DNA of 64,000 nucleotides. Source: Obrimoposthia wandeli. Its lineage: Eukaryota. Positions 30,224-42,564 of this stretch are shown here, piece by piece. The stretch's first letter is position 1. Each line of letters opens with the position of its first letter. The notes under the pieces are model-generated. The model was not told the DNA's origin and ran no database searches. It worked only from the letters and a program-made list of their open reading frames with translations. Position numbers and translations under genes: made by a program. The stretch spans positions 1 to 64,000 of the forward strand of contig CDROCS010000122.1 in the NCBI GenBank assembly GCA_977020255.1, written 5' to 3'.

Positions 30224-33037
30224 TTATTCTGTGATAGTCAGAGCGTCTTCAATTAACGCTTTCTGCTGTTTAAGGTGTACCGACATGTAACCCACAGCCG
30301 GTGACGCCGATGCAGGGCGACCTGCATAATTCAAATCAGAGCCTTTTGGCAATGCTGAACGGAAGTTGTGTTGACTTGAATACCATGCGCCTTGGTTTTG
30401 AGGCTCTTCTTGACACCAAACAAAGTCACTAACATGTTGATAATCAGCCAATGTAGCTTCAACATCTTCTTTAGGGAATGGGTATAATTGTTCAATACGA
30501 ACGATAGCAACATCTGTTTGTTCATTTTTACGACGTTGATCTAGAAGATCGTAATAAACCTTACCAGAACAGAACACAACACGTTTCACTTGTGTCGGCT
30601 CTAGTGCATCCACCTCACCAATCGCTGGTTGGAATGTACCTTCCGCCAAATCTTCCATCGTTGAAACACACAATGGATGACGAAGCAGTGATTTCGGTGA
30701 CATCACAATCATAGGACGACGCATAGGGCGTACAACCTGACGACGTAGCATGTGGTAAACCTGTGCAGGTGTAGACGGCACGATAACTTGCATATTTTGC
30801 TCAGCACAAAGCTGCAAATAACGTTCAAGGCGAGCAGATGAGTGCTCAGGACCTTGCCCTTCATAACCGTGTGGCAATAGCATGGTTAAACCACACATAC
30901 GGCCCCACTTCTGTTCACCTGAACTAATGAACTGATCAATAACAACCTGTGCACCGTTAGCAAAGTCACCAAACTGTGCTTCCCAAATGGTTAAACCACT
31001 TGGCTCTGCCGTTGCATAACCGTATTCAAAAGCTAACACTGCTTCTTCAGAAAGAACTGAATCGATAACTTCGAATGGACCTTGCTTATCATGCAGGTTA
31101 GCTAGCGGCACATAGGTGCTTGCATCCGCTTGGTTATGCAATACAGCATGACGATGGAAGAATGTACCGCGACCAGAATCTTGTCCTGTAATACGAATAC
31201 GATTACCGTCATCAACTAACGTTGCATACGCTAATGTTTCCGCCATACCCCAATCAACAAGCTTATCACCCGCTAACATGGATAAACGGTCGTTATACAG
31301 CTTCTGTACTCGCCCTTGTAGCGTATGGCTTTCAGGGAACTGACAAATGCGCTGACCAAGCTCTTGTAAACGTTCACGTTCAACTTTGCTTGCCCAGTCT
31401 ACTGTCCAGTCATGACCAAGGTATGGGGCCCAGTCTACTGAATGCAGCTTCATCGGACGCCATTCTTTAACCACACATTCGCCACGGTCAAGCGCATCAC
31501 GATATTCGTTCACAAAGCTTGTTGCTGTTTCTAACTCGAAGTTGCCGCTGTCGGTCAGTGCATCAGCATAAATTTTACGCGGCGTTGGGTGCTTTTTGAT
31601 TTTCTGATACATCAATGGCTGAGTTGCATTGGGCTCATCAGCTTCGTTATGACCATGGCGTCGGTAACAAACCAAATCAATAACTACATCACGTTTGAAT
31701 GTATTACGGAAATCAAATGCGATACGCGTAACAAAAGCGACGGCTTCTGGATCATCTGCATTGACGTGGAAAATAGGTGCTTGGACCATTTTCGCGATAT
31801 CAGTACAGTATTCCGTTGATCGCATATCCTGAGGGTTAGACGTCGTAAAACCAATTTGGTTATTTACAACGATACGCACAGTACCACCAACACTGTAACC
31901 ACGCGCCTGAGACATGTTAAATGTTTCAGCCACAACGCCCTGTCCTGCAATCGCAGAGTCACCATGAAGTGTAATCGGCAGCACTTTCGAACCATCACTA
32001 TCACCTAAGCGATCTTGACGAGCACGAACAGAACCAACAACAACAGGGTTAACAATTTCTAGGTGTGACGGGTTAAATGCGAGAGCTAAATGCACATCAC
32101 CACCTGGTGTTGCAAAGTCAGCAGAGAAACCTTGGTGATATTTCACATCACCGGTACCCCAACTATCCCCATGTTTGCCCGCGAACTCATCAAACAAGTC
32201 TTGCGGTTTTTTACCCAGCACGTTAACCAGCATGTTGAGACGACCACGGTGAGCCATACCAACAACAACTTCACGTACACCCTGACTACCAGCGTGACGG
32301 ATCAGTTCTTTCATCATTGGAATAAGGGCATCGCCACCTTCCAAAGAGAAGCGTTTCGCACCCGGGAATTTAGCACCAAGATAACGTTCAAGACCTTCAG
32401 CAGCTGTTAACTCTTCAAGAAAACATTGCTTTTCATCTTTACTAAACGAACCAGTACTCGATACAGATTCAAGACGTTGCTGAATCCAACGTTTTTCGTC
32501 CGTATTCGTAATGTGCATATATTCCGCGCCGATAGAACCACAATAGGTTTTCTTCAGCGCTGCAAATATCTCTGAAAGTTTCATCGTTTCTTGACCAACG
32601 GCAAAAGAACCGACGTTGAAACTTTCATTAAAGTCATCCTCAGTCAAATTATGGAATTCAGGGGCAAGTTCAAGAACTCGTTCCTGTTTCCACAATCCTA
32701 AAGGATCGAGGTTTGCGTGTTGATGCCCACGAAAACGGTATGCGTTAATTAACTGCAATACCTTAACTTGCTTAACATCTACATCTGGATCACTGACGGT
32801 AGCGCTTAGATGGGTTGTTTCTTTCGCTAGACGTCGGAAATAATCACGAACACGAGAATGAGGCTGTTCTACAACATTCTCATTTACTACTGGCAAATCA
32901 CCAAAAACGGTTTGCCATTGTTCATCAACTAATTCTGGGTCGCTAAGATACAACTCGTAGAGGCCTTCTACATAAGTCGCATTGGCGCCAGCTAAGTGTG
33001 AAGACTCAAGCCATGCCTTCATAACGCCGTTCTGCAT
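30224..33037 (-). CDS. sucA: 2-oxoglutarate dehydrogenase E1
   Basis: GMAHRGRLN, HGDSA TPP motif, EAQFGDF. Confidence 0.98.
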   Translation of the reverse strand: MQNGVMKAWLESSHLAGANATYVEGLYELYLSDPELVDEQWQTVFGDLPVVNENVVEQPHSRVRDYFRRLAKETTHLSATVSDPDVDVKQVKVLQLINAYRFRGHQHANLDPLGLWKQERVLELAPEFHNLTEDDFNESFNVGSFAVGQETMKLSEIFAALKKTYCGSIGAEYMHITNTDEKRWIQQRLESVSSTGSFSKDEKQCFLEELTAAEGLERYLGAKFPGAKRFSLEGGDALIPMMKELIRHAGSQGVREVVVGMAHRGRLNMLVNVLGKKPQDLFDEFAGKHGDSWGTGDVKYHQGFSADFATPGGDVHLALAFNPSHLEIVNPVVVGSVRARQDRLGDSDGSKVLPITLHGDSAIAGQGVVAETFNMSQARGYSVGGTVRIVVNNQIGFTTSNPQDMRSTEYCTDIAKMVQAPIFHVNADDPEAVAFVTRIAFDFRNTFKRDVVIDLVCYRRHGHNEADEPNATQPLMYQKIKKHPTPRKIYADALTDSGNFELETATSFVNEYRDALDRGECVVKEWRPMKLHSVDWAPYLGHDWTVDWASKVERERLQELGQRICQFPESHTLQGRVQKLYNDRLSMLAGDKLVDWGMAETLAYATLVDDGNRIRITGQDSGRGTFFHRHAVLHNQADASTYVPLANLHDKQGPFEVIDSVLSEEAVLAFEYGYATAEPSGLTIWEAQFGDFANGAQVVIDQFISSGEQKWGRMCGLTMLLPHGYEGQGPEHSSARLERYLQLCAEQNMQVIVPSTPAQVYHMLRRQVVRPMRRPMIVMSPKSLLRHPLCVSTMEDLAEGTFQPAIGEVDALEPTQVKRVVFCSGKVYYDLLDQRRKNEQTDVAIVRIEQLYPFPKEDVEATLADYQHVSDFVWCQEEPQNQGAWYSSQHNFRSALPKGSDLNYAGRPASASPAVGYMSVHLKQQKALIEDALTITE

Positions 33038-33091
33038 TGTTTTCCCTTAACCACTAGTTATCGCCGTTTTTCCGGTCTCTAAGCCGGACTT

Positions 33092-33128
33092 AAAAGCTAG
33101 CCTTGCTGACAAAGCAGGTCAGGCTAGC
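33092..33128 (-). terminator. Probable intrinsic terminator between sdhB and sucA
   Basis: GCTAGCCT...AGGCTAGC stem followed by TTTT on the minus strand. Confidence 0.55.
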
Positions 33129-33147
33129 ATATCGATAATTCTTTTAT

Positions 33148-33861
33148 TTATACTGCTCGTTTAAGCAGCATTGATTTAATGTGACCAATTGCTTTGGTTG
33201 GGTTTAATCCCTTAGGACAAACATTTACACAGTTCATGATGCCATGGCAACGGAAAACGCTAAAAGCGTCGTCAAGATCAGACAATCGTTCATCTGTTGC
33301 TATATCTCGGCTATCAATTAGCCACCTGTACGCCGCCAACAGACCAGCGGGTCCGATGAATTTATCTGGATTCCACCAGAAAGAAGGACAAGATGTCGAA
33401 CAACAAGCACACATAATACAATCGTATAAACCGTCAAGATGAGCACGATCTTCTGGTGACTGCAGGTTTTCACGCGCAGGTGGCATTGCTCCGTCATCTA
33501 TAAGATACGGCTTCACTTTTGCGTAGTTCGCGTAAAACTGTTCCATATCAATGATCAAATCACGGATAACCGGCAAGCCCGGCAATGGACGAATTACGAT
33601 CGTTTTATCAGTGATTAATGCTGACAAAGGAGTAATACAAGCAAGGCCATTTGTGCCATTCATATTTACGCCATCAGATCCACACACACCCTCACGACAT
33701 GAGCGACGGAAAGCAAGTGTCGGATCTTGTTCTTTCAGCAGAATTAATGCGTCAAGAACCATCATGTCAGAGCCTTCAGGCACATCAAGGGTATAACCTT
33801 TCATGTGCGGCGCATTATCAATGTCTGGATTATAACGATAAATTGAAAAATTCAGTTTCAT
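33148..33861 (-). CDS. sdhB: Succinate dehydrogenase iron-sulfur subunit
   Basis: SCREGVCGSD, CIMCACC, CHGIMNCVNVCP. Confidence 0.98.
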   Translation of the reverse strand: MKLNFSIYRYNPDIDNAPHMKGYTLDVPEGSDMMVLDALILLKEQDPTLAFRRSCREGVCGSDGVNMNGTNGLACITPLSALITDKTIVIRPLPGLPVIRDLIIDMEQFYANYAKVKPYLIDDGAMPPARENLQSPEDRAHLDGLYDCIMCACCSTSCPSFWWNPDKFIGPAGLLAAYRWLIDSRDIATDERLSDLDDAFSVFRCHGIMNCVNVCPKGLNPTKAIGHIKSMLLKRAV

Positions 33862-33875
33862 TAGTCTTCCCTTCC

Positions 33876-35642
33876 CTAGTAAGTACGCGCTTTCGGTGGG
33901 AACGCTTCACGAGAAATCGGTTTCATATTTACAGCACGCTTCGACATTTGCTCTGTCTCAGGGTTGTAAATTGAGTGACATAGCCAATTCTCATCATCAC
34001 GATCAGGGAAGTCGAAACGGGCATGCGCACCACGACTTTCAGTACGGAAGTTCGCAGCAACAGCTGTTGCGTATGCAGTTTCCATTAAGTTATCAAGCTC
34101 TAGACATTCAATACGCTGAGTGTTGAATTCAGTTGACGTGTCATCTAAACGTGCATTTTTCAGACGCTCACGGATAGCTTTAAGCTCTTCTAAGCCTGTC
34201 GCCATTGCTTCACCTTCACGGAATACCGAAAAGTTATTTTGCATACAAGACTGTAAATCTTTACGAATTTGAACTGGGTCTTCACCTTTTTGCGTGTTGT
34301 TCCAACGATTTACGCGCGCTAAAGATGCTTCAATGTCAGATTCACTTGCAGGGCGAGCCTCAGATTGTGCTAAAAGTGTTTCGCCTAGGTGTAAGCCAGT
34401 CGCACGACCAAATACAACCAAATCGAGCAGTGAGTTACCACCTAAACGGTTGGCACCGTGCACCGATACAGAGGCAATTTCACCACAAGCAAATAGGCCC
34501 TGTACTTCTTCATCCTGACCAGCACTGTTTTGTTTAAGCACTTGACCAGAAACTTGCGTTGGTACGCCACCCATCATGTAGTGACATGTTGGGATAACTG
34601 GAATAGGTTCTTTCACTGGATCGATATGTGCAAACGTACGTGACAATTCACAAATACCAGGAAGACGAGATTCAAGTACATCTTTACCTAAATGATCCAA
34701 TTTAAGCTTAAGGTGTGGACCCCATGGGCCATCACAACCACGTCCTTCACGAATTTCAACCATCATTGAACGAGCAACAACGTCTCGACCAGCAAGGTCT
34801 TTCGCATTAGGTGCATAACGTTCCATGAAGCGTTCGCCGTCTTTGTTCAGCAGGTAACCACCTTCACCACGACAACCTTCAGTCACTAACACACCAGCGC
34901 CAGCAATACCCGTAGGGTGGAATTGCCACATTTCGATATCTTGCATTGGTACGCCAGCACGAAGTGCCATACCAACACCATCGCCGGTGTTAATGAATGC
35001 ATTCGTTGTTGATGCATAGATACGACCAGCACCACCAGTTGCTAAAATTGTCGCCTTCGCTTTGAAGTAACAAGTTTCACCTGTTTCCATACAAATAGCG
35101 GTACAACCAAGAATTACACCGTCTTGATTTTTAACTAGATCAAGTGCATACCACTCAGAAAAAATAGTCGTTTTATGCTTGATATTCTGTTGATACAAAG
35201 TGTGAAGAAGTGCGTGACCAGTACGGTCGGCCGCAGCCGCTGTACGCGCAGCTTGCTCGCCACCAAATTCTTTTGATTGACCACCGAATGGACGCTGATA
35301 AATCGAACCATCTTCGAAACGAGAAAAAGGAAGGCCCATTTTTTCAAGTTCGATTACCGATTTAGGTCCGTTTTGACACATGTATTCAATGGCATTCTGA
35401 TCACCAATGTAATCAGAGCCTTTTACTGTGTCGTACATATGCCATTGCCAATTATCGGGATGTGAATTACCAAGAGCAACGGTAATACCACCCTGCGCAG
35501 ACACAGTATGGGAACGTGTAGGGAATACTTTAGACAACAAAGCACAACTAAGACCTTGTTCAGAAATTTGTAGTGCTGCGCGCATTCCTGCACCACCAGC
35601 ACCGATAACTACGGTATCAAACTCACGAACTGCAATGCTCAC
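33876..35642 (-). CDS. sdhA: Succinate dehydrogenase flavoprotein
   Basis: [19 protein letters not shown]-binding His, [11 protein letters not shown]. Confidence 0.98.
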   Translation of the reverse strand: MSIAVREFDTVVIGAGGAGMRAALQISEQGLSCALLSKVFPTRSHTVSAQGGITVALGNSHPDNWQWHMYDTVKGSDYIGDQNAIEYMCQNGPKSVIELEKMGLPFSRFEDGSIYQRPFGGQSKEFGGEQAARTAAAADRTGHALLHTLYQQNIKHKTTIFSEWYALDLVKNQDGVILGCTAICMETGETCYFKAKATILATGGAGRIYASTTNAFINTGDGVGMALRAGVPMQDIEMWQFHPTGIAGAGVLVTEGCRGEGGYLLNKDGERFMERYAPNAKDLAGRDVVARSMMVEIREGRGCDGPWGPHLKLKLDHLGKDVLESRLPGICELSRTFAHIDPVKEPIPVIPTCHYMMGGVPTQVSGQVLKQNSAGQDEEVQGLFACGEIASVSVHGANRLGGNSLLDLVVFGRATGLHLGETLLAQSEARPASESDIEASLARVNRWNNTQKGEDPVQIRKDLQSCMQNNFSVFREGEAMATGLEELKAIRERLKNARLDDTSTEFNTQRIECLELDNLMETAYATAVAANFRTESRGAHARFDFPDRDDENWLCHSIYNPETEQMSKRAVNMKPISREAFPPKARTY

Positions 35643-35990
35643 TTACACACCCCACACAATGAAGAAACCTGAAAACAGGTAAACAAAAAGTACTGCTACA
35701 ACACCAAATTGAATGCCTGCTCGTAAAGCAGCACATTTAATGTAATCGGTCAAAACTTGCCACAACCCAATCCAGGCGTGCACAAGAATCGAGATTAACG
35801 CCAACATAGTGAAAACCTTAGTACTCAGTTGCCCCCAAAAGGCAGTCCAAGTTTCAAAACTAAGGTCAGGACCAAAAGCGAAAAAACCGACCATATAAAT
35901 GGTGTAAAGGGTTAGAATGATTGCGGTTGCACGAATCAAGATAAAATCGTGAATACCATTACGCCCGACAGTGGATACGTTGTTTACCAT
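35643..35990 (-). CDS. sdhD: Succinate dehydrogenase membrane anchor
   Basis: [20 protein letters not shown]. Confidence 0.96.
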   Translation of the reverse strand: MVNNVSTVGRNGIHDFILIRATAIILTLYTIYMVGFFAFGPDLSFETWTAFWGQLSTKVFTMLALISILVHAWIGLWQVLTDYIKCAALRAGIQFGVVAVLFVYLFSGFFIVWGV

Positions 35991-36364
35991 ACTAGGCCTC
36001 CAGCAAATACAGAAAGAACAGCAACAATTGCAAAGCTCACTTTCGTGCTTGCAATGCCTGTTTCCATTTCTTCAAAATATCCCATATCCATTAATAGGTG
36101 ACGAACACCTACAACAATGTGATAAAACAATGCTGTTAACACACCCCATAAGATAAATTTCACAAAAAAACTGTCAGCAATGCTGGCTGCACTTGCAAAA
36201 CCTTCTGGGGAAGATAAAGAAATATTCAGTAACCAAAGTAAGATTGCAACAGAAACGAACGTAATAACGCCGGATACGCGGTGTAGGATTGACGCAATCG
36301 CAGTTAAGGGGAAGCGAATCGTCTGTAGATCAAGATTGACAGGTCTTGGCTTTTTAACTTTCAC
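35984..36364 (-). CDS. sdhC: Succinate dehydrogenase cytochrome b556 subunit
   Basis: [21 protein letters not shown]; start position uncertain (see findings). Confidence 0.93.
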   Translation of the reverse strand: MKVKKPRPVNLDLQTIRFPLTAIASILHRVSGVITFVSVAILLWLLNISLSSPEGFASAASIADSFFVKFILWGVLTALFYHIVVGVRHLLMDMGYFEEMETGIASTKVSFAIVAVLSVFAGGLVW

Positions 36365-36775
36365 GGTGTTTGCCCACTCAGCTCCATTGAAGCATTTTAT
36401 TTTTATAAAACTCCCCGGCCATCTGCTACGCCAACGAATAAGTGCAACATATCTGTAACGCTAGGTTGCCAGGTTGTTTTTACATCAAAGATAAACAGCC
36501 TTCACCCTAAGTAACTAATATTATTAATAACTTAAGCATTCGCTTCTGGCATTAGCATAACCAGAGACCTGCCGCGAGTATACGCCCCGTAACAACCAAA
36601 TACAAACCTTGTTACATGACCTCTAACACGGTTTTAGAAATTCACACCTTTTTATTCAAACTTATTAACAAGTGCACACAAAACAGCATCAAAATTGACA
36701 TTTGGGCCAACGAACGGTACAACAAAAGGAAGTCCGAATCGGATTAGGATTATAATAATAGCAAAGGAGATTGTT

Positions 36776-38065
36776 ATGGCGGATAAGAAAGCGACTCTTC
36801 ACATTGAAGGGAAGGCCCCAATCGAACTACCAATTCTTGGGGGCTCTAAAGGTCCAGATGTAATTGATGTGCGTAAACTTGGCGCTAACGGTTACTTTAC
36901 ATTTGATCCTGGTTTTCTAGCCACAGCATCATGTGAATCTCAAATTACTTACATTGATGGCGACAAAGGTATCCTGCTACACCGCGGTTACCCTATCGAC
37001 CAATTAGCCAATAACGCTGACTACTTAGAAGTATGTTATGTATTGTTATATGGGGAAGTGCCAACCCGCGCTCAGTACGAATCTTTCCGTACTACAGTAA
37101 CGCGTCACACAATGGTTCATGAACAAATTGCCAGCTTCTTCCACGGTTTCCGTCGAGATGCTCACCCTATGGCAGTAATGTGTGGTGTGGTTGGAGCACT
37201 TGCAGCGTTTTACCATGACTCGTTAGATATCAACAATGATAGCCACCGTGAAATCACGGCATTCCGTTTGCTATCAAAAATGCCGACACTTGCTTCAATG
37301 TGTTACAAATACTCAATTGGACAACCATTCATCTTCCCTCGCAACGATCTAGATTATGCAGAAAACTTCCTGCATATGATGTTTGCGACTCCGTGTGAAG
37401 AGTATGATGTTAGCCCTGTTATTGCGCGTGCAATGGATAAGATCTTCACCTTGCATGCCGATCACGAACAAAACGCTTCAACATCGACAGTACGTTTAGC
37501 GGGCTCTTCAGGCGCTAACCCGTTTGCATGTATTGCAGCTGGTATTGCGTCGCTTTGGGGACCAGCACATGGCGGGGCAAATGAAGCCTGCTTAAAGATG
37601 CTAGAAGAAATTGGCAGCGTTGATAAAATTGAAGAATATATTGAACGTGCAAAAGACAAAGATGACCCGTTCCGCCTTATGGGCTTTGGTCACCGCGTTT
37701 ACAAAAACTATGACCCACGTGCAACAGTAATGCGTGAAGCATGTCATGAAGTATTAGAAGAGCTGAACATCCAAGATCCACTGCTTGACGTGGCAATGGA
37801 ACTAGAACGTATCGCACTTTCTGACCCGTACTTTATTGACAAGAAACTGTACCCGAATGTCGATTTCTACTCAGGTCTAATCTTGAAAGCTATTGGTATT
37901 CCAATTTCAATGTTTACGGTTATTTTCGCCATGTCTCGGACTGTTGGTTGGATTGCACACTGGAGCGAAATGCACGGTGATCCAGATAATCGCATCGGTC
38001 GTCCTCGTCAGCTTTACACGGGTAAACTACAACGCGAATTTAAACCTCTTCATGAGCGTGAATAG
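36776..38065 (+). CDS. gltA: Type II citrate synthase
   Basis: [34 protein letters not shown]; ATG at 36776 follows AGGAG. Confidence 0.98.
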   Translation: MADKKATLHIEGKAPIELPILGGSKGPDVIDVRKLGANGYFTFDPGFLATASCESQITYIDGDKGILLHRGYPIDQLANNADYLEVCYVLLYGEVPTRAQYESFRTTVTRHTMVHEQIASFFHGFRRDAHPMAVMCGVVGALAAFYHDSLDINNDSHREITAFRLLSKMPTLASMCYKYSIGQPFIFPRNDLDYAENFLHMMFATPCEEYDVSPVIARAMDKIFTLHADHEQNASTSTVRLAGSSGANPFACIAAGIASLWGPAHGGANEACLKMLEEIGSVDKIEEYIERAKDKDDPFRLMGFGHRVYKNYDPRATVMREACHEVLEELNIQDPLLDVAMELERIALSDPYFIDKKLYPNVDFYSGLILKAIGIPISMFTVIFAMSRTVGWIAHWSEMHGDPDNRIGRPRQLYTGKLQREFKPLHERE

Positions 38066-38116
38066 TATCGATTTAATTATTAGTAATTAAATGCTAGAAA
38101 TTAAGCGTTAGAAATT

Positions 38117-38149
38117 AAAAAGGTTGAGCTATTTGGCTCAACCTTTTTT
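38117..38149. terminator. Bidirectional terminator between gltA and the Nif3 gene
   Basis: AAAAAGGTTGAGC-TATTTG-GCTCAACCTTTTTT. Confidence 0.85.
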
Positions 38150-38188
38150 GTACCAGCAAGAATAATCAAATACTTATGTAGGATGGTA

Positions 38189-38947
38189 TTACACTGGGTT
38201 ATCAATATCGATAAACGTCACATCGAATTGATGCTCTTGCGCTAACCATTCACCTAACGCCTTTACACCATAACGCTCAGTGGCATGATGCCCAGCCGCA
38301 AAATAATGAATACCTAACTCTCGCGCAGTGTGAACCGTCCGCTCAGAAATCTCACCCGAAATAAATGCATCAAGCCCTTTTTGCGCCGCTAAATCAATAT
38401 AATCTTGCCCACCACCAGTACACCAACCCACCGTTTTAATCTCTGTCGGTGCATTGTCACCAATATGCAAAGGCTCACGGTGTAACCCAATAGAAAGTCG
38501 AGACGCTAATTCAGCGCCCGTTATGGCTTTGTCGAGTTGTCCGTACATCGCCACCGATCGTGGATTACCATCTTCCAAACCGCCAATCACTTCCAGTTCA
38601 AGCATTTGTGCTAACTTTGCGTTATTACCCAATTCTGGATGCACATCTAGCGGCAAATGATAAGCATAAAGATTAATACCATTTTCGATAAGCGCTTTAA
38701 TACGGCGAAATTTCATACCTCGGATTTCAGCGGGTTCACCTTTCCAAAAAAAACCGTGGTGAACTAATAATGCATCCGCTTTTTCTTCAATAGCACGATC
38801 GATCAAAGCTTGGCATGCTGTTACGCCTGTTATGATTTTTTTTACTTGAGTCTTACCTTCAACCTGAAGGCCATTTGGGCAATAATCTTTGATTAAATGA
38901 GGGCTGAGCAATGCGTTTAATGTCGCTTCCAATTTCAGGTTATTCAT
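38189..38947 (-). CDS. ybgI: Nif3-like dinuclear metal-centre protein (YbgI)
   Basis: DYCPNGLQVEG, VHHG, YHLPLD.HP..GNN, GHHATE. Confidence 0.92.
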   Translation of the reverse strand: MNNLKLEATLNALLSPHLIKDYCPNGLQVEGKTQVKKIITGVTACQALIDRAIEEKADALLVHHGFFWKGEPAEIRGMKFRRIKALIENGINLYAYHLPLDVHPELGNNAKLAQMLELEVIGGLEDGNPRSVAMYGQLDKAITGAELASRLSIGLHREPLHIGDNAPTEIKTVGWCTGGGQDYIDLAAQKGLDAFISGEISERTVHTARELGIHYFAAGHHATERYGVKALGEWLAQEHQFDVTFIDIDNPV

Positions 38948-39103
38948 TATGGCTTCCTTTTATCACCAATCTCTATTTTAGCTGCCTTGATTATAACGTT
39001 GAAGAGTAAAAGGCATAACTTAAAGATTCAGTGATCTTTTAGACCCAATATTTGTCTAACCTTTAAATAGACAGAATTGAAAAACGCTGAGCTGCATTTT
39101 CAA

Positions 39104-39310
39104 TTAATAAAGTTCTTTCGCACCGTGCTCTGTCTGTTTTAACCAAACAGGCTTCTTACTGGTTTTAAGCCAATAGCGATGTAAATAACTATAGATCCGA
39201 GAACGTATTGATACAGGTAAGAAAACCACGACAGGAAAAGATAAAAGTCCGGCAAGTACAACAAAAATGCGGCGAAGGATAATCTTAAAAAGCGAAAATG
39301 GTTTGTACAT
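39104..39310 (-). CDS. DUF2517 (YbfA-like) small membrane protein
   Basis: MY..F...KI.LRR.FV...G, YSYLHR.W.KTS.KPVWL pattern. Confidence 0.75.
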   Translation of the reverse strand: MYKPFSLFKIILRRIFVVLAGLLSFPVVVFLPVSIRSRIYSYLHRYWLKTSKKPVWLKQTEHGAKELY

Positions 39311-39425
39311 ACAGCCTCCAAACTGGTCTAACCTGTATGTATTCTAAGCGATAACGTATAATTAAATATATGATTCAGCACAATAATCAAACAACTTCGT
39401 TCACTTCGTAATACGGGTGTTAGCT

Positions 39426-40268
39426 ATGCCATTTACAGCCAACAACACAACCAAAGCAAAGCAATTCAGGCGTGATATCTCTGCTGTATTATCATGCCCT
39501 ACCCTAACTCTTGGCGTTAAATATCAAATAGATAATGAATGGCTAGAACAACTCCGTAAACACGCATCTATTCCCAGCTATGAGGATTATAACGGCAATC
39601 AACGGCTTGGCTTCTATTATCAATGGTTGTGGTTAAAGATTATTAATGCCCATTCAAATTATGAATTAATCGCGGAAGAAGTGCAGCTACAATGGGCTAA
39701 TCAAACGGTTGGCGCGATTGATTTTCTTGTGAGAAATAAGATAAATAATGAACTGGAACATTGGGAAGTGGCCATAAAATTCTATCTTGAGCATCAAGGT
39801 AATTGGATTGGGCCAAATGCCAAAGATCAATTAAACAAAAAAATTAACCGGATGAGCGACCATCAACTTAAATTAACCCACCATATTGCTTATCGCAATC
39901 AATACCATTCGATTTATGGGCAACCCGCGGTAAAGCGGCTCATTATGCAAGGGCGACTATTCAATCACGATACTGCAACAAATCATCAGTCCAGTATTGA
40001 CGTTAACCCTGATAGCCTTACCGGAAAATGGTGCTTTCAAGCAGAGGCTAAAACAATGTCTCGTAATAGCACACAGCTAAAGGAACTCAGTAAGCAATAT
40101 TGGCTATCGCCACCCGCTTACGAGGAGTTAACAGCACTATTAGATACCGCTTCGTTAGTACGCCCAACACAGGCTATTTCACCTGATAATCAAATTTGGT
40201 TTGTCGTACCTGATGAATGGCCATTACATAAAAAAACGCCCTACTATCCAATATTGACTAATGGATAG
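39426..40268 (+). CDS. DUF1853-family protein
   Basis: RLGFYYQWLW, GAIDFLV, HWEVAIKFYL, WIGPNAKD motifs; start is GTG 39417 or ATG 39426. Confidence 0.75.
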   Translation: MPFTANNTTKAKQFRRDISAVLSCPTLTLGVKYQIDNEWLEQLRKHASIPSYEDYNGNQRLGFYYQWLWLKIINAHSNYELIAEEVQLQWANQTVGAIDFLVRNKINNELEHWEVAIKFYLEHQGNWIGPNAKDQLNKKINRMSDHQLKLTHHIAYRNQYHSIYGQPAVKRLIMQGRLFNHDTATNHQSSIDVNPDSLTGKWCFQAEAKTMSRNSTQLKELSKQYWLSPPAYEELTALLDTASLVRPTQAISPDNQIWFVVPDEWPLHKKTPYYPILTNG

Positions 40269-40333
40269 TAGAGCGTTTATATATATCAATTATTGTTCGT
40301 TTTACACGCTAACAATAATGAAACAACCGTCGA

Positions 40334-41980
40334 TTATAAGCCAGCATCTGCAAATACTTTACTTACAATTTCTTGTGCTTCTTTTTCAATAAGGCTTAGA
40401 TGTTCTTTACCTTTAAAGCTTTCACAGTAAATTTTGTAAATATCTTCAGTACCTGATGGACGAGCTGCAAACCAGCCATTCTCTGTCGTTACTTTCAGAC
40501 CACCGATTGCCGCACCGTTACCAGGGGCATGGGTTAGTCGCGCAGTAATAACATCACCGGCTAACGTTTCAGCCGCAACCATTTCAGCAGATAACTTACT
40601 CAATACTGATTTTTGTTCGCTATTTGCGACAGCCTGTAATCGGTTGTACTCAGAAGCGCCATGCTTAGCAGCTAACTCTTCATAATACTGTTGTGGGTTC
40701 TTGCCTGTTACCGCAGTAATTTCTGCTGCAAGTAAGCATAAAAGAATGCCATCTTTATCGGTCGACCATGGTGTGCCATTCATGCGCAGGAACGATGCCC
40801 CTGCACTTTCTTCACCACCAAAGCCTAATTCACCAGAATATAGACCATCAACAAACCATTTAAAGCCAACAGGCACTTCGCATAAATCACGACCTAAATC
40901 AGCAACCACACGGTCGATCAATGCACTAGAAACCAATGTTTTACCAACAGCAACACTTTGGCTCCACTCTGGGCGATGACGGTATAAATAATCAATACAC
41001 ACAGCCAAAAAGTGGTTAGGATTCATTAAACCTGCAGGTGTCACGATACCATGACGATCATAATCAGGGTCATTACCAAACGCTAAATCGTAGTTATCTT
41101 TATGCGCAAGAAGACCAGCCATTGCATATGGAGAAGAACAATCCATTCGGATCGCGCCATCTTTGTCGAGTGACATAAAGCGAAATGACGGATCAATAGA
41201 TTCATTGATCAGTGTTAAATCGAGATCATAATGTTGACCAATCTGACGCCAGTATTCAATACCAGAGCCACCTAAAGGATCAACCCCAATCTTAAGATTC
41301 GCTTTTTGAATCGCAGCCATATCAACAACATTGACTAAATCGTCAATGTAAGGTGCAACAAGCTCTTTTTCGACCACTAAGTCGCTAGCACGTGCCACTT
41401 CAATCGCAACACGCTTAACATCAACTAAACCGTTAGCGATGATTTCATTCGCGCGCTTTTCGATTGCAGATGTTAGCTCACCTTCAGCAGGGCCACCATG
41501 TACAGGGTTGTACTTGATGCCACCATCTTGAGGTGGGTTATGAGAAGGCGTAATCACAATACCATCAGCTTTATCAGCATTTGCCAAGTTATGGCAAAGA
41601 ATAGCATGAGATACACCCGGCGTTGGGGTATAGCCATTACCTTCTTGGATAACCACTTTGACATTATTCGCAACCAATACTTCTAATGTCGAGGTAAAAG
41701 CTGGTTCAGATAAAGCGTGAGTATCTTTACCTAAGAAAAGTGGGCCCGTTACACCTTTTTCTGCGCGTACTTCAGCAACAGCTTGAGCAATAGCCCAAAT
41801 ATGATGCTGGTTAAACGTACCTTTATCAGCCGTTCCACGATGACCAGACGTGCCAAAAGCAACGTGCTGCTGTGGATTTGAAGCACTAGGCTCAATCAAA
41901 AAGTAGTTTGCAACTAATGCAGGAATATTATGCATATCTTCTTGCTGAGCACGTTGCCCAGCGCGAGGATGGATCGCCAT
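40334..41980 (-). CDS. pgm: Phosphoglucomutase
   Basis: [29 protein letters not shown]; start moved to the ATG at 41980. Confidence 0.97.
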   Translation of the reverse strand: MAIHPRAGQRAQQEDMHNIPALVANYFLIEPSASNPQQHVAFGTSGHRGTADKGTFNQHHIWAIAQAVAEVRAEKGVTGPLFLGKDTHALSEPAFTSTLEVLVANNVKVVIQEGNGYTPTPGVSHAILCHNLANADKADGIVITPSHNPPQDGGIKYNPVHGGPAEGELTSAIEKRANEIIANGLVDVKRVAIEVARASDLVVEKELVAPYIDDLVNVVDMAAIQKANLKIGVDPLGGSGIEYWRQIGQHYDLDLTLINESIDPSFRFMSLDKDGAIRMDCSSPYAMAGLLAHKDNYDLAFGNDPDYDRHGIVTPAGLMNPNHFLAVCIDYLYRHRPEWSQSVAVGKTLVSSALIDRVVADLGRDLCEVPVGFKWFVDGLYSGELGFGGEESAGASFLRMNGTPWSTDKDGILLCLLAAEITAVTGKNPQQYYEELAAKHGASEYNRLQAVANSEQKSVLSKLSAEMVAAETLAGDVITARLTHAPGNGAAIGGLKVTTENGWFAARPSGTEDIYKIYCESFKGKEHLSLIEKEAQEIVSKVFADAGL

Positions 41981-42015
41981 GTACTTATCCTTGTAAAACG
42001 AAGGCATATTGCCAG

Positions 42016-42564
42016 TTAAATTACACCGCAAACTTTTTCAATAATGTCACCGTTATAGTTCATTTTAACCATAAGCTGCTCAACCATTTGACGTTTACGA
42101 TCAGTATTCGTATTCGTTATTACCCAGTAAGGCGTGTCTGGGATAGCCTTCGGCTTAGTCGTTTTACCACTCGCAAGTAAAGTTTCTTCGTTATCTGCAA
42201 AGTAAACGCGGGTACGACCTTTAATTGCCGCAGCTTCAATGAAGCCGTCAGAATCGATGTGATAAAGTGAAGATAAGATCATCATAAATCGACCAATGGC
42301 TTTATCTTGTACCGCAAACTCATCAGAAATAAGTAATGTTCGCATTTCTTTAACACGATCAAGTTTCTGCTCATTTCCTGCGTCTTTGCTAACAACAATA
42401 CCTTTTGGACGTACTGGCACGACAACCTCAAGTTGCTGCTCTGCAGGTACCATTAACAAGCGACGCAAAATATCGGATGCACTTTCACCAATATGTTGGG
42501 TTTGACTCGCGATATAACGATATAGCTCTTCGTCTACCTCAATACTCTTCATCGTAGTGTTCAT
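42016..42564 (-). CDS. seqA: Replication initiation negative regulator SeqA
   Basis: [32 protein letters not shown]; WVITN.NT.RK. Confidence 0.96.
   Translation of the reverse strand: MNTTMKSIEVDEELYRYIASQTQHIGESASDILRRLLMVPAEQQLEVVVPVRPKGIVVSKDAGNEQKLDRVKEMRTLLISDEFAVQDKAIGRFMMILSSLYHIDSDGFIEAAAIKGRTRVYFADNEETLLASGKTTKPKAIPDTPYWVITNTNTDRKRQMVEQLMVKMNYNGDIIEKVCGVI

Noticed and set aside
36695-36775. Upstream in-frame extensions of gltA (also znuA, hemH, pgm and slp) in the ORF track
   Set aside because: Downstream ATGs have better RBSs and give the orthologue-length proteins. The extensions cross regulatory DNA.
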